A DNA stretch of 32,906 nt from Candidatus Sericytochromatia bacterium. Its GTDB lineage: Bacteria > Cyanobacteriota > Sericytochromatia > S15B-MN24 > UBA4093. The notes under the pieces were generated by a model. The model saw only the letters and a program-made list of their open reading frames with translations. It was not told the DNA's origin and searched no databases. Position numbers and translations under genes: made by a program. Shown here piece by piece: positions 17,901 to 26,144 of the stretch (position 1 is the stretch's first letter; each line of letters starts with the position of its first letter). Where the stretch lies: contig JAKFCT010000079.1 of the NCBI GenBank assembly GCA_036676495.1, positions 1-32,906 on the forward strand. Direction: 5' to 3'.

Positions 17901-18083
17901 GTCGGAAATCTCAACAACCCAGATACCGCACTCCAGTTCGATGCCCCGCAGACCAGGAACATCACCAACAACAACCAGTTCATCGTCCAGTCCCAGGCCT
18001 TCATGGGGAGTCGGGCTGATGCGAGAGAGTTCGCGATGATGATCTGGGCAGAGTTACGTGAGATCGAGGGGCAATCGGTTTAG
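14916..18083 (+). CDS. Tape measure protein
   Basis: 1055 aa, Ala/Gly-rich helical. FEVLFKDADRAKAKIEELYGFAAKTPFEF is a tape-measure N-terminal motif. Follows G/GT. Confidence 0.93.
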   Translation: MTERILRARFEGDISGLKRMAAEGRQEIASVADAQEKASREMVSATEQSERKMAATVQIGTQRRIASIQREVNEAIQAIEKLPIAREEKERQIARIVETNAKRTSEILLQEIRKQEHAHQQVSNGMGSQSEAAIALTRNITGLVAAYVSLQSIIGMAGKGLSGNADLQQAGLTFEVLFKDADRAKAKIEELYGFAAKTPFEFAPVKDAALALETFGLNSSVYLRDAGDLAAAFGAEISEVARVFGRINSGDFGEAFERLRDFGISRELLEGEGLVFDKSGSYQGSVDQALTAVQNIIRTKFGGMMERQSGIFNGQMSNLADNFQTILNSVMAPTFDTLTGAVTELNTALDGAFGDEMQANIRVLGDIVNGVAVASLALGKAISETLDEMMAPLRWVRDTAASLGRGAGERDVAKSLVLSSGINPNRAQHYANLVGRGENLQNIARDFRVNSWGDPRGVQEDLGRLAVILADAKQIVNGTKQYQNFEPFGPPLPAGGVNPRTTNTSATSKPLEGHQLFAAQHKAGDLSDEQYLAKLNVELGKVVKNSSDYFAIREKIAGLKSDPWLDRVLEQSPGALDLRLGQLMQGDLSGNLPITSLDARIGSAFETPSGMLGLGNPGESKDAKEYLKLMEGWDKQNEKERKEELEKASKALLKIQEDAEKSLRTGLEAGISAFLDGGIQGLGTSVYSLSKDKFGKALADGLYDNKEIQAALGEIGEKFGDVFKDAPELGLAIDDIGSKVSGAISKGLSSGSFAVAGTIGIGLAAMFSAEIEKGLKLQATRKSIVESLGAPKSEAQRNLEWLQKRNAELSGNLDNPFIRAVSGAHVGGWESEKVANDGLIDSLNARIAAEKMATDAAYATAMALQVVSDRGERIGNAVSSTELLLKLGGVEAGTAGYENAIFHAYQSGLGSAGFTGEEAARLVGDRELQRNVVWQYQDWAANGFMDFGSGRDQMGVLSDLIGLNFDNSEALRTFIESSLMPMFSRLADLNPATSSVGNLNNPDTALQFDAPQTRNITNNNQFIVQSQAFMGSRADAREFAMMIWAELREIEGQSV

Positions 18084-18496
18084 CGGGTTTCGCCTTCTAG
18101 TGTTTCATCTAGGCGGCTATAGAAGTCCTCTAGAATTCGGCGAGTGACGCCGTTTCGGACCATCTCGCCTCCCTGGAATGCTGTGGCTTCAACAGTGACA
18201 CGGCCAGGTTCGGGCTCGATCAAGGTAACGGTCAATTTGGAAGGACCAGAAAACCGAAAGACGGCGTTGTTTGCGCCTTCGGCCGAAATCACCGTCATTC
18301 CATCAACTGGAGTAGAGGTCGACGTCACCCCAAAGTTCAGCTTCGTTATTGCCCTAACAGCGCCGACGGAGAGTTGCTTCATGGTCACGTCGTGATAGTC
18401 ACGGAAAGATTCAGTTCTCTGGCCTTGGTTGTAGGTCGCAGCGCAGCCAGACGCGAGCGAAACACTGAGAACGACAGCAGACAAAATTGAACGCAT
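18080..18496 (-). CDS. Antisense lipoprotein (moron; candidate superinfection-exclusion protein)
   Basis: RBS AAAGGAGG before ATG 18496. Signal peptide MRSILSAVVLSVSLASGC with a lipobox-like Cys. Lower GC; opposite strand to the tail operon. Confidence 0.8.
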   Translation of the reverse strand: MRSILSAVVLSVSLASGCAATYNQGQRTESFRDYHDVTMKQLSVGAVRAITKLNFGVTSTSTPVDGMTVISAEGANNAVFRFSGPSKLTVTLIEPEPGRVTVEATAFQGGEMVRNGVTRRILEDFYSRLDETLEGETR

Positions 18497-18501
18497 CGAA
18501 A

Positions 18502-18542
18502 GGCCCTCCTTTGCTCGGCATGGTAGCAAGGGAGGGTTTTTT
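18502..18542 (+). terminator. Intrinsic terminator on the + strand overlapping that promoter and RBS
   Basis: GGCCCTCCTTTGCT/AGCAAGGGAGGGTT 14-bp stem running into a T tract. Confidence 0.65.
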
Positions 18543-18548
18543 GGTCAA
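18520..18548 (-). promoter_or_regulatory. Sigma-70 promoter for the lipoprotein
   Basis: Minus strand TTGACC-17 bp-TACCAT with TGn extension. Confidence 0.75.
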
Positions 18549-18562
18549 AGAAAGAGGCCCAC

Positions 18563-18913
18563 ATGCCCACCCCCATCATCATCGCGGGCTTCGAGTTCTA
18601 CCCCGAGCCATTCAACCCGCAGCCGCTACGCATCGGCGGAGGCGCCCCGCGGCGCTCGCTCAGCGGCAAGGGCTTCCAGCGGATCGTCGCGGAGAAGCAG
18701 CGCTTCACTCTCCCCTGGAGCTGCGTGGGGGAAGACGAGATGCAGCTCATCCGCATCATCTGGGCTCGCTCCAAGGACGCACCGCTCCCCATCTCCTGCG
18801 CCGATCCGCTCGTCGCGGGTAACTTCTTCATCACCGACCAAGCCTTTGCCTTCGAGCAGTTGGATGGCGATGGGCGCTTCTACCGGGGCTCCCTGAACTT
18901 CGAGGAGGAATAG
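18563..18913 (+). CDS. Putative distal tail (Dit/gpM-like) protein
   Basis: 116 aa, first + gene after TMP. RRSLSG...KQRFTLPW...YRGSLNFEEE pattern. Confidence 0.7.
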   Translation: MPTPIIIAGFEFYPEPFNPQPLRIGGGAPRRSLSGKGFQRIVAEKQRFTLPWSCVGEDEMQLIRIIWARSKDAPLPISCADPLVAGNFFITDQAFAFEQLDGDGRFYRGSLNFEEE

Positions 18914-18917
18914 CGCC

Positions 18918-21662
18918 ATGGCGATCGCCGTTTCTCAGGCCTACAAGGATGTGATCCGTGGGCCAATCGACCGCTCACAGCTCAAGGTCGAGGTCTACTT
19001 CTCGGGAGCTCTCGGCTGGGTGGATATCTCGCAGTGGGTCGAGCAGGCCAGCGGAGAGAAGGAAGAGGGCTCCGACAAGGGCACGGCGTCCACCAACACC
19101 CTCAACCTGACGCTCATCAACGACGACAGCCGCTTCAGCGCCAAGAACTCGGCCGGCCCCTACTACGGCAACCTGACTCCGAACAAACCGATCCGCGTCT
19201 CGAAGGTCTGGGGCTCGGAGTCCGTCCGCCTTTTCACCGGCTACACGGGCCCCTGGCCTACCCAGGCGAAGACGCGTACGTGCCAGATCCAGGCCCAGGA
19301 CGCCGCCCGCCTCCTCCTTCGGAAGGACATCCGCGAGGAGACCGTCTTCAACCCGGCCGCCCTGGCCGCCGGCTACTACCTGACTCCGGTACTCGAGCGC
19401 GCGGCATGGCTGTCAGGTCTCCGCTGGGACGCCGTCACGACGAAGCCGGACCTCGCCGGCCATGCCTGGGCCTTCGCCTCACACGATGGGACCGCCATCA
19501 CGGTCACGAAGAGCGCGGGCGCGGCGGTGGCCACGTACACCCTGGCCGGCCAGCTCGTGATGCAGCTCGACCTGGTCGACCTCCTCATCCCCGTCGCGCC
19601 TCTCAAGGGGAAGGCGCTCGCCGTCCTGGACCAGCTCGCCAAGGTGGTCGACGGCCGCGTGTACTTCGAGAGCCAGGGGCAGCTCGTCTTCCGGGCCAGG
19701 ATGTACCGCAACGACAGCACCGTGCCCAGCGTCGAGACCTTCACCATCGACAACCTGGACGACGTCCTCACGGATCAGGGCTTCGAAGGAGGGCGGTACT
19801 CGCCGCTCATCAACAAGGCCGAGGTGACCTCGACGCCCTACACCTTCCGGCTCGACGCGGGCGGCCAGGTCCTCGAGGAGGAGATCCCCTTCAAGGGGGA
19901 CCTCTTCGCGAAGTACCACTTCAACCCGGGCGAGTCCTACCCGGCGTCGGGTGATGCCGATCTCTGGTGCGAGCTTCCGAGCGAACTCCAGATTGCCAGG
20001 ACAGGTAGCTACCCCACGGCCGCCAACGTGATTCTGGAATCGGCCTCCGGGGCCGATCGGACGAAACGGGGATCGGGCATCCGCTTCAAAGCCGGCTACC
20101 CGGTCTTCGAGCAGAGGCGGATGAAGGTCGCTTTCGAGAACGTAGGCACCGAGGCTGAGGTCATCAAGACTTTGACCCTCAAGGCACGGCTGATGCGCCC
20201 CGTCCAACGCTGCAGGGGCGTCACCAAGAACCAGGCCAGCATCGACCTCTACGACCAGCGGGACTGGACCTACAACAACGACCTGATTCCGCATGCGACG
20301 GGCTGCAAGAATCAGGCCGCTTGGAAGGTCGAGGACGGCCGCGAGCCAAAGCTCTTTGTCACCTTGAAGGGGATGCACGGCGTGCCATGGCTGGAAATCA
20401 ACGATCGGATCACAGTTTCGGAGACGCTGACTAAATCACTGCCGGTCGCGGAGGATTTCATCGTGAAGCGAATCAAGTGGGTGGTGGCCCTCGCGGCCTT
20501 CACCGCCACCATCGAGGCGTGCTCGCCCTCGCCCGACTTCACGGCGAGCGCCTTGCCGCCGGCGGTGGCGATCGTCGAGACCTCCAACCAGAACATGAAC
20601 GGCGCGGAGCAGGCCTCGCTCCCCCCCCAGGTGATCGACGGCACGCAGGCGCTCGTCGGCCTGAACAACATCCCAGCATTCGCTGAGATCGTGAACAAGG
20701 TCAAGAACATCAAGATCGCAGGCTCGCAATCCACCCATGGGATTGCATTCGATGGCTCCGACATCTACGTCACCGATTGGGCCCCTTCGAAGGTCTACAA
20801 GCTCGACAGCTTGACTGGCCAATTGCTCGCGACTCAAAGCCTGACGCTCAATAGCTACCTCGGGTTCATGGCGGTCGGAAAATCGTCATCCGGGGCGACC
20901 CTGCTATATGTCGTGAGCGCTCTCGGCAAGATTTACGTCATAGACGTCAAGAACTTCGAGACGGGGGCCTTCTCGGTCAAGGCAGACTTGAGCGCGGCTG
21001 GATACAACCCCTCCAACATCGCCGTCGCCCATGGAAAGCTGTACGTCACCGCGACGACCTCTGGCTCTATCCCCCACCTTCTCGTTTGGGACGACATCAC
21101 CATCACTCAGCAGAACGTGCCGAGCAAGAGCATTCAGCTTTTCGGCTCAGCCGCTAGTCCTACCCAAATGGCCTGGGATCGCGATCACGTCTATATCCCG
21201 CTTCAAAATGAACGCAGGATCTGTCGCTACAAGGTGGCGGCAAACACGCTAGACAACGGCTATGCCATCCTTGGCGCCGACGTCGGAATCGTGCCGGGAG
21301 ACGGGATTATCGGGCTGACTCACGACGGATCCCAGTTGTGGGCGGTGGCGTTTACTGGCAAGGTTGTGCGGATTCGAGATGCCGTTTCCGGTGTTTCAGC
21401 GTCTCAACTGCCCGTCGACCTCAGCGGTGGTGGATATGCTCGGTTTGATGGCACCTACGTCTGGGTGTCTGCAAGCTCGGGACTCGTCCAGTTCTCGACG
21501 TCTGGCGGCATCGTTGCTCGCTATGACATTGGAGATAGCGCGCTTGGCTCAATCACGTTCGATGGGGCGGCAATTTGGGCCACAAGCGGCGCACCGCTTG
21601 ATCCATTCGCCGATTCCTCAGTAATTCGTGTCCCGCGACAGTCCGTAGGCCGCCAGTTCTAA
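18918..21662 (+). CDS. Tail tip/hub protein with C-terminal beta-propeller (candidate receptor-binding domain)
   Basis: N-terminal hub-like motifs (LTLINDDSRFS, RLFTGY, GRVYFESQGQLVFR, LEINDRITV). C-terminal repeats GIAFDGSDIYV, LTHDGSQLW, RFDGTYVW and TFDGAAIW. Confidence 0.8.
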   Translation: MAIAVSQAYKDVIRGPIDRSQLKVEVYFSGALGWVDISQWVEQASGEKEEGSDKGTASTNTLNLTLINDDSRFSAKNSAGPYYGNLTPNKPIRVSKVWGSESVRLFTGYTGPWPTQAKTRTCQIQAQDAARLLLRKDIREETVFNPAALAAGYYLTPVLERAAWLSGLRWDAVTTKPDLAGHAWAFASHDGTAITVTKSAGAAVATYTLAGQLVMQLDLVDLLIPVAPLKGKALAVLDQLAKVVDGRVYFESQGQLVFRARMYRNDSTVPSVETFTIDNLDDVLTDQGFEGGRYSPLINKAEVTSTPYTFRLDAGGQVLEEEIPFKGDLFAKYHFNPGESYPASGDADLWCELPSELQIARTGSYPTAANVILESASGADRTKRGSGIRFKAGYPVFEQRRMKVAFENVGTEAEVIKTLTLKARLMRPVQRCRGVTKNQASIDLYDQRDWTYNNDLIPHATGCKNQAAWKVEDGREPKLFVTLKGMHGVPWLEINDRITVSETLTKSLPVAEDFIVKRIKWVVALAAFTATIEACSPSPDFTASALPPAVAIVETSNQNMNGAEQASLPPQVIDGTQALVGLNNIPAFAEIVNKVKNIKIAGSQSTHGIAFDGSDIYVTDWAPSKVYKLDSLTGQLLATQSLTLNSYLGFMAVGKSSSGATLLYVVSALGKIYVIDVKNFETGAFSVKADLSAAGYNPSNIAVAHGKLYVTATTSGSIPHLLVWDDITITQQNVPSKSIQLFGSAASPTQMAWDRDHVYIPLQNERRICRYKVAANTLDNGYAILGADVGIVPGDGIIGLTHDGSQLWAVAFTGKVVRIRDAVSGVSASQLPVDLSGGGYARFDGTYVWVSASSGLVQFSTSGGIVARYDIGDSALGSITFDGAAIWATSGAPLDPFADSSVIRVPRQSVGRQF

Positions 21663-21674
21663 CCCGTTCACCGG

Positions 21675-21695
21675 CCCCGCTTCGGCGGGGTTTTT
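21675..21695 (+). terminator. Intrinsic terminator
   Basis: CCCCGC-TTCG-GCGGGG-TTTTT. Confidence 0.85.
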
Positions 21696-21710
21696 CTCAT
21701 GGAGGCCCTC

Positions 21711-24389
21711 ATGCCCGAAGTCTACTCGTCGAGCGAGACCTCGCTCGAGCTGCTCGACCCGATCACGGGGGGCGTCATCATGACGATCCCCTTCCTGCGG
21801 GACGACACCTTCTCCGAGAGCCCGACCTACGCCCCCCGCGGCTACCACCGGAGCGCGGCCGTCTCGGCGGCCCGTCTCCGCTCCAAGGGGACGATCACCA
21901 TCCGCAAGGACGCCGAGAGCCTGGCCTTCGCCCAGGAGGTCGAGCGCTGGCAGAAGGGCGTCATCTGGTACCCGATGGGCTCCGACCTCAAAGGGAAGCG
22001 CTTCCGGCATCCCCACGTTCGCAAGGTCATGACGCAGCCGGACGGAACCAAGGAATACCGCACGGGCTACGACGTCCGCCTCTCCGACCGGTCCTTGAGC
22101 CGGCCCGACGCGGGGCTCCTCTCGGAGTCGCTCACCTTTGACGTCCAGGGCGGATTCGATACCTCTGACAGCGAGCGCGGGGAGCCCGTCCGAACCCTCG
22201 ACTTCCACCGCACCGGCTCCGCCACCTACGTGGGCACGGACGGCCAGATCAAGACGGCGGGGGATGGGGTGGCGCGGTTCGGGGTGCCGGTGGCTCCGGT
22301 GCGGCGGAACCTTTTCGACTACTCTACTGATCTTTTGGCGTCCTACTGGGAGAAGCTAAGCCTTACCGTGACGGCAGGCATGCCCGATCCTTTCGGCGGG
22401 ACAGGGGCTTTCACGCTCACCGAGGCGTCAGGGGCCGGGAGTCGGTTTCTCCGTAGGACGATCACGCCTTCAGCAGCAGGAAAAATCTACACGCTGAGCT
22501 ACTGCCTTCAGGCCGGCGCGCGCAAATGGGCCTACCTCTCCATTTTCGACGAGTCAGGCAGCGGAAACTCCGCCAATGCGTACTTCAACCTAGAAATAGG
22601 AACGCTCGGCACCTACAGCGCTCCGGGCGGTACACTACCGACCATCACGAGCCTGGGAGGCGGTTGGTATCGCTGCACGGTGACCTTTACGCACGTCAGC
22701 GGGTACGTGCGGCACCAAGCCAACATCGCAGCAGCGAACGGCAGCAACTCCTACGTCGGTGATGGTGTGAGCGGCATCCGAGCCTATGGTCCGATGCTCA
22801 ACGAGGGCACAGCGGCGCTCCCCTACCAGCCCACCAACGCAACCGGCGTAGACCTCTCCCACCCCCTCAACGGGGCGGGGCTGGTGCTGGAGGGGGCGGG
22901 GACGAATCTCTGCATCAACAACGTCTTCAACAACACGATGGGATGGTCTGCGACTAGGGGTGTTGCGACCACGGGGGCGCTTACAGCCGGAAAGGCTAGC
23001 GCAATAAAAACCACAGTAACTTCGCAGTACGACACGATTTATACGCTTCTATCGGCAGCGCTAACTCCAGGTGCGACCTACACCGTAAGCTTTTTAGTAA
23101 AAACTACGATCGATATGCAGCTCTGGTTTCAGAACATTTCGCTGAACACAACGCATAAAGACATAACGCTTAAAGCGAACGTGCCTCAGGAAGTCGTTTT
23201 TTCGTTCGTTGCTGGGGCGTCAGGCACATGGTATGGCGTAAAAACTGCGGCTCCATACGCAGGTGATATTACGATCGACTGCCTCCAAATCGAGCCTGGC
23301 TCCATCCGGACGAGCCTGATCCTGACCGATGGGGCGACAGTCACCCGTCAGCCCGACCTCTGCGGCATCGTCCTGCCCCACAACCTGCTCAAGTGGAGCG
23401 AGGATTTCAGCAACCCGGCGTGGGTCAAGAGCCTAGTCACGATCGCCTCAAGCAACGTCATGTGGCCGAATGGCGTGAGCAATGCGACCCAGCTTACCCT
23501 CAGCTCGCTCAAGCAGTCCCTGGGTAATCTTGCAGGAAAGACGGTCACCTGGGCATTCTGGGCTCGCATCCCCAGCGGGACGGCCAACACCCTGCGGGTC
23601 ACCCTGCGGGATGGCGCGACCCTGAAGAAACAGGAGGTTTGCAATCTCACGACCACGCCGCAACGGTTCACGGTAACTTATACGTTCGGCGCGACGGAAA
23701 CCGATGCCATAGCGGAGATCACGTCGACCACGACGGCCCAGACCTATGAAATCTGGGGGGCTCAGCCAGTTATCGGCTCTCACCCCGGCATCTACGTCCC
23801 GACCACCGATACCCCGATCCCAGCTCCGGCATCCCCGGCGCTGGACCCGGCGCTATCGCAGAATGGGCGGACGCGGTTCCGCCTCAAAACCCCGTCGGAG
23901 TCGAATCCGAATTTGGAATACGTCCAACTATTTGGGGGAGAGGGCAGAAGTGTCAATGGGGCGCTACTGCGCCTCTATCGGTCTAACGGGACTGGCAGCG
24001 GCGATAACACGGTCTACTTCGACCGGCTATCGAATCACGCGACGACGATATCCGGGGCCGTAGGCAGAGGTCTTCTCAAGGTTAGCCCTGCAGCACCTCT
24101 GTTCAGCTCCGCGGTCAGGGATGTTGTCCTCGAGTGGACGAACGAGATCAACGAGGCCACGGGCGTCCGTGAGATGTGGCAACGAATATTCGTGGACGGC
24201 GTCCTCATCGCCCAGCAGGACGTGGCTGCCCTCTACGGGGCAACCGCCTGGGCACCCATTGACCCGAGCCGCCTGATCTCGGATGGGGCCGTCAATGCCG
24301 TCCTGTCCATGCAGCCCAACGGCGGCGGAGTGATCGTCGAGTTCCCGCCCCGCCGCGCCGGCTACCGCCAGGTCGAGCGAGCGGCCTAA
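21711..24389 (+). CDS. Fibre/spike protein with three carbohydrate-binding-like beta-sandwich modules
   Basis: RBS GGAGG before ATG 21711. FHRTGSATYVGTDGQI, GLVLEGAGTNL and VTRQPD motifs of phage spike fibres. Three NL-x(n)-W modules. Confidence 0.8.
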   Translation: MPEVYSSSETSLELLDPITGGVIMTIPFLRDDTFSESPTYAPRGYHRSAAVSAARLRSKGTITIRKDAESLAFAQEVERWQKGVIWYPMGSDLKGKRFRHPHVRKVMTQPDGTKEYRTGYDVRLSDRSLSRPDAGLLSESLTFDVQGGFDTSDSERGEPVRTLDFHRTGSATYVGTDGQIKTAGDGVARFGVPVAPVRRNLFDYSTDLLASYWEKLSLTVTAGMPDPFGGTGAFTLTEASGAGSRFLRRTITPSAAGKIYTLSYCLQAGARKWAYLSIFDESGSGNSANAYFNLEIGTLGTYSAPGGTLPTITSLGGGWYRCTVTFTHVSGYVRHQANIAAANGSNSYVGDGVSGIRAYGPMLNEGTAALPYQPTNATGVDLSHPLNGAGLVLEGAGTNLCINNVFNNTMGWSATRGVATTGALTAGKASAIKTTVTSQYDTIYTLLSAALTPGATYTVSFLVKTTIDMQLWFQNISLNTTHKDITLKANVPQEVVFSFVAGASGTWYGVKTAAPYAGDITIDCLQIEPGSIRTSLILTDGATVTRQPDLCGIVLPHNLLKWSEDFSNPAWVKSLVTIASSNVMWPNGVSNATQLTLSSLKQSLGNLAGKTVTWAFWARIPSGTANTLRVTLRDGATLKKQEVCNLTTTPQRFTVTYTFGATETDAIAEITSTTTAQTYEIWGAQPVIGSHPGIYVPTTDTPIPAPASPALDPALSQNGRTRFRLKTPSESNPNLEYVQLFGGEGRSVNGALLRLYRSNGTGSGDNTVYFDRLSNHATTISGAVGRGLLKVSPAAPLFSSAVRDVVLEWTNEINEATGVREMWQRIFVDGVLIAQQDVAALYGATAWAPIDPSRLISDGAVNAVLSMQPNGGGVIVEFPPRRAGYRQVERAA

Positions 24390-24445
24390 CCCAGACACCC
24401 ACCGCCCCCGCCTCACCCGCGGGGGCTCGCCTTTTGGAGGACACC

Positions 24446-24721
24446 ATGCCCCAACCCATCACCCCCATCGTCACCCACTCCCAGATCCACGGCGCCCACA
24501 TCGACGTGGACGGCGAGCGGATCGTCATCGACCACTCCGAGGGCATCCAGCCCGATGGCGAGCCGTACCAGCCCCACCGGCATCTCACGGACACGATCGA
24601 GGGCGAGGCCTTCGCGGCGCTCTGCAATACCGTCGTCACCATCCAGGGCCCGAACCAGACCTACCAGACCACGGTCTACGCCCTGCTCAAGGATCTCCTG
24701 TACGGGGCGCTGCCCGTCTAG
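24446..24721 (+). CDS. Small phage protein, possible fibre-associated chaperone
   Basis: RBS GGAGG; 91 aa; follows the fibre gene; strong codon bias. Confidence 0.7.
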   Translation: MPQPITPIVTHSQIHGAHIDVDGERIVIDHSEGIQPDGEPYQPHRHLTDTIEGEAFAALCNTVVTIQGPNQTYQTTVYALLKDLLYGALPV

Positions 24722-24722
24722 C

Positions 24723-24839
24723 AGAAAGCCGCCCCGAGCCTTGCAGCAGGAGGCGGCTGTGCTGCCGGAGGGACCGTCATGTCCCCTCAGGCGCCCCGAA
24801 GAGCTACGGCCGACGGATTTACCGTGTCGCAGCAGCACC
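24723..24839 (-). ncRNA. Putative antisense small RNA (four-way junction plus terminator)
   Basis: TACAAT -10 at 24850-24845. 9-bp closing helix, three arms including cUUCGg. G-U pairs work only on the minus strand. Terminal hairpin AGCCGCC/GGCGGCT-TTCT. Confidence 0.6.
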
Positions 24840-24898
24840 ATCAGATTGTACCCGCCCCCGGCTGCACGCCGGGGGCTTCCCTTTGAAAGGACGGGCCC

Positions 24899-25405
24899 AT
24901 GGCCACGACCGAAGACATCATTTCCGCAGCTCCCCATGCCGTGGCCCGTCTCCTCGAGGCCATGCCATTCAAGCTCGCCACCTCTGGAGGGATTGCCGTC
25001 CTCGGATGGCTGACGACGCCCGGCGCCTACCAGGCCGCCATCCTCATGCTCTTGGCCGACTGGGGGACCGGCATGGTCAAGGGCTACACCATTGAGGGCC
25101 GCCTACGCTCCAACGCCTTGGTACGAGGCGCCGTGAAAAGTCTCGTCTACGCGGGGCTTCTGGGTTGCGCTTGGCTGATGACTCACGGTGGCCCCATACC
25201 TGACCTGATGGGCCAGGCGATCGCCATTTACGTGCTCACGACCGAAGCGATCAGCAACCTGGAGAACCTCGACGCGATCGCCCAGCGTCACGATGTCCAA
25301 CTCCCGGCCCTGAACGGCGCACTTCGCATCTTGCGCGTGAAGGCCGACGAGCTCGCCCCCGATGTGCAAAACACGAAGGAGGAGACCCATGCCCCGCACC
25401 CGTAG
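24899..25405 (+). CDS. Holin (phage holin 4 / toxin-secretion-lysis type)
   Basis: Hydrophobic segments with ADWGTGMVKG, LRS..LVRGAVKS and EAISNLENL motifs; precedes the endolysin. Confidence 0.88.
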   Translation: MATTEDIISAAPHAVARLLEAMPFKLATSGGIAVLGWLTTPGAYQAAILMLLADWGTGMVKGYTIEGRLRSNALVRGAVKSLVYAGLLGCAWLMTHGGPIPDLMGQAIAIYVLTTEAISNLENLDAIAQRHDVQLPALNGALRILRVKADELAPDVQNTKEETHAPHP

Positions 25406-26144
25406 CGAACAGGAGGCCGTCGCCCGCGCCATCACCATGGCCTTTGAGGGCGCTGGCTTCGTGAACCTGGCCGGCAACTTCGACGGCCAGGGGTGGAGCC
25501 TCGGCGCGCTCCAGTGGAACTTTGGCCAGGGCACCTTGCAGCCCTTGATCCTGGCCATGGAGAAGGAGGGGCCCAAGACCTTCCGCGAGCTGCTCACCGT
25601 CACCCACCAAGGGAAGGCCTACGACCTCGCCCCCTTGCTCCTCGATGCGTGCCGCATGCCCAAGACTCAGGCGATCGCTTGGGCGGATGCGCGGTGTCAC
25701 GGTCCCGGCAAGCGCCAGCTCGTCGAACCTTGGCGCACGGGCTTGGCTGCGCTTCTCGGGCACCCAGGGATGCAGCAGGCCCAGATCCGCGCGATGCAGT
25801 CCTACATGGATGACGCCCAGGCCGATTGCGCCTTCTACGGGCTCAAAACCCTGCGCGACCTCGCCCTCTTCCACGACATCGCCGTTCAGAACGGGCGAGG
25901 CAAGGTGGGCAAGCTGAGTGCAGCGGACACTCGCCAGGCCTTCGAGAGTCGCGGGGGCATGAGCCTTGCACCGGATAAGCGGCGCCTGGCGATCGCCCTG
26001 GCCGTCGCTGATACGTGCAATCCGCGCTGGCGCGCCGACGTTCACTCTCGCAAGGCGACGATCGTCCACGGTGCCGGCATGGTCCACGGGCGCCAGTACA
26101 ATCTCGCGCAGATGTACGGCCCGCTTGATGAGGTGCTGGCATGA
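25389..26144 (+). CDS. Endolysin, lysozyme-like fold (putative)
   Basis: RBS AAGGAGGAG before ATG 25389. ITMAFEG...GNFDGQGWSLGALQWNFGQGTL and FHDIAVQNG motifs. Follows the holin. Confidence 0.8.
   Translation: MPRTRSEQEAVARAITMAFEGAGFVNLAGNFDGQGWSLGALQWNFGQGTLQPLILAMEKEGPKTFRELLTVTHQGKAYDLAPLLLDACRMPKTQAIAWADARCHGPGKRQLVEPWRTGLAALLGHPGMQQAQIRAMQSYMDDAQADCAFYGLKTLRDLALFHDIAVQNGRGKVGKLSAADTRQAFESRGGMSLAPDKRRLAIALAVADTCNPRWRADVHSRKATIVHGAGMVHGRQYNLAQMYGPLDEVLA

Noticed and set aside
24759-24838. Glycine or SAM-I riboswitch on the + strand (GGAGGGA, CTCAGG and CCGAAG words)
   Set aside because: The words are in the wrong order for either aptamer, and the pairing asymmetry favours the minus strand.
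18918-24900. Diversity-generating retroelement or invertible tail-fibre cassette
   Set aside because: No reverse transcriptase or invertase, and no near-identical TR/VR pair or flanking inverted repeats seen in this window.
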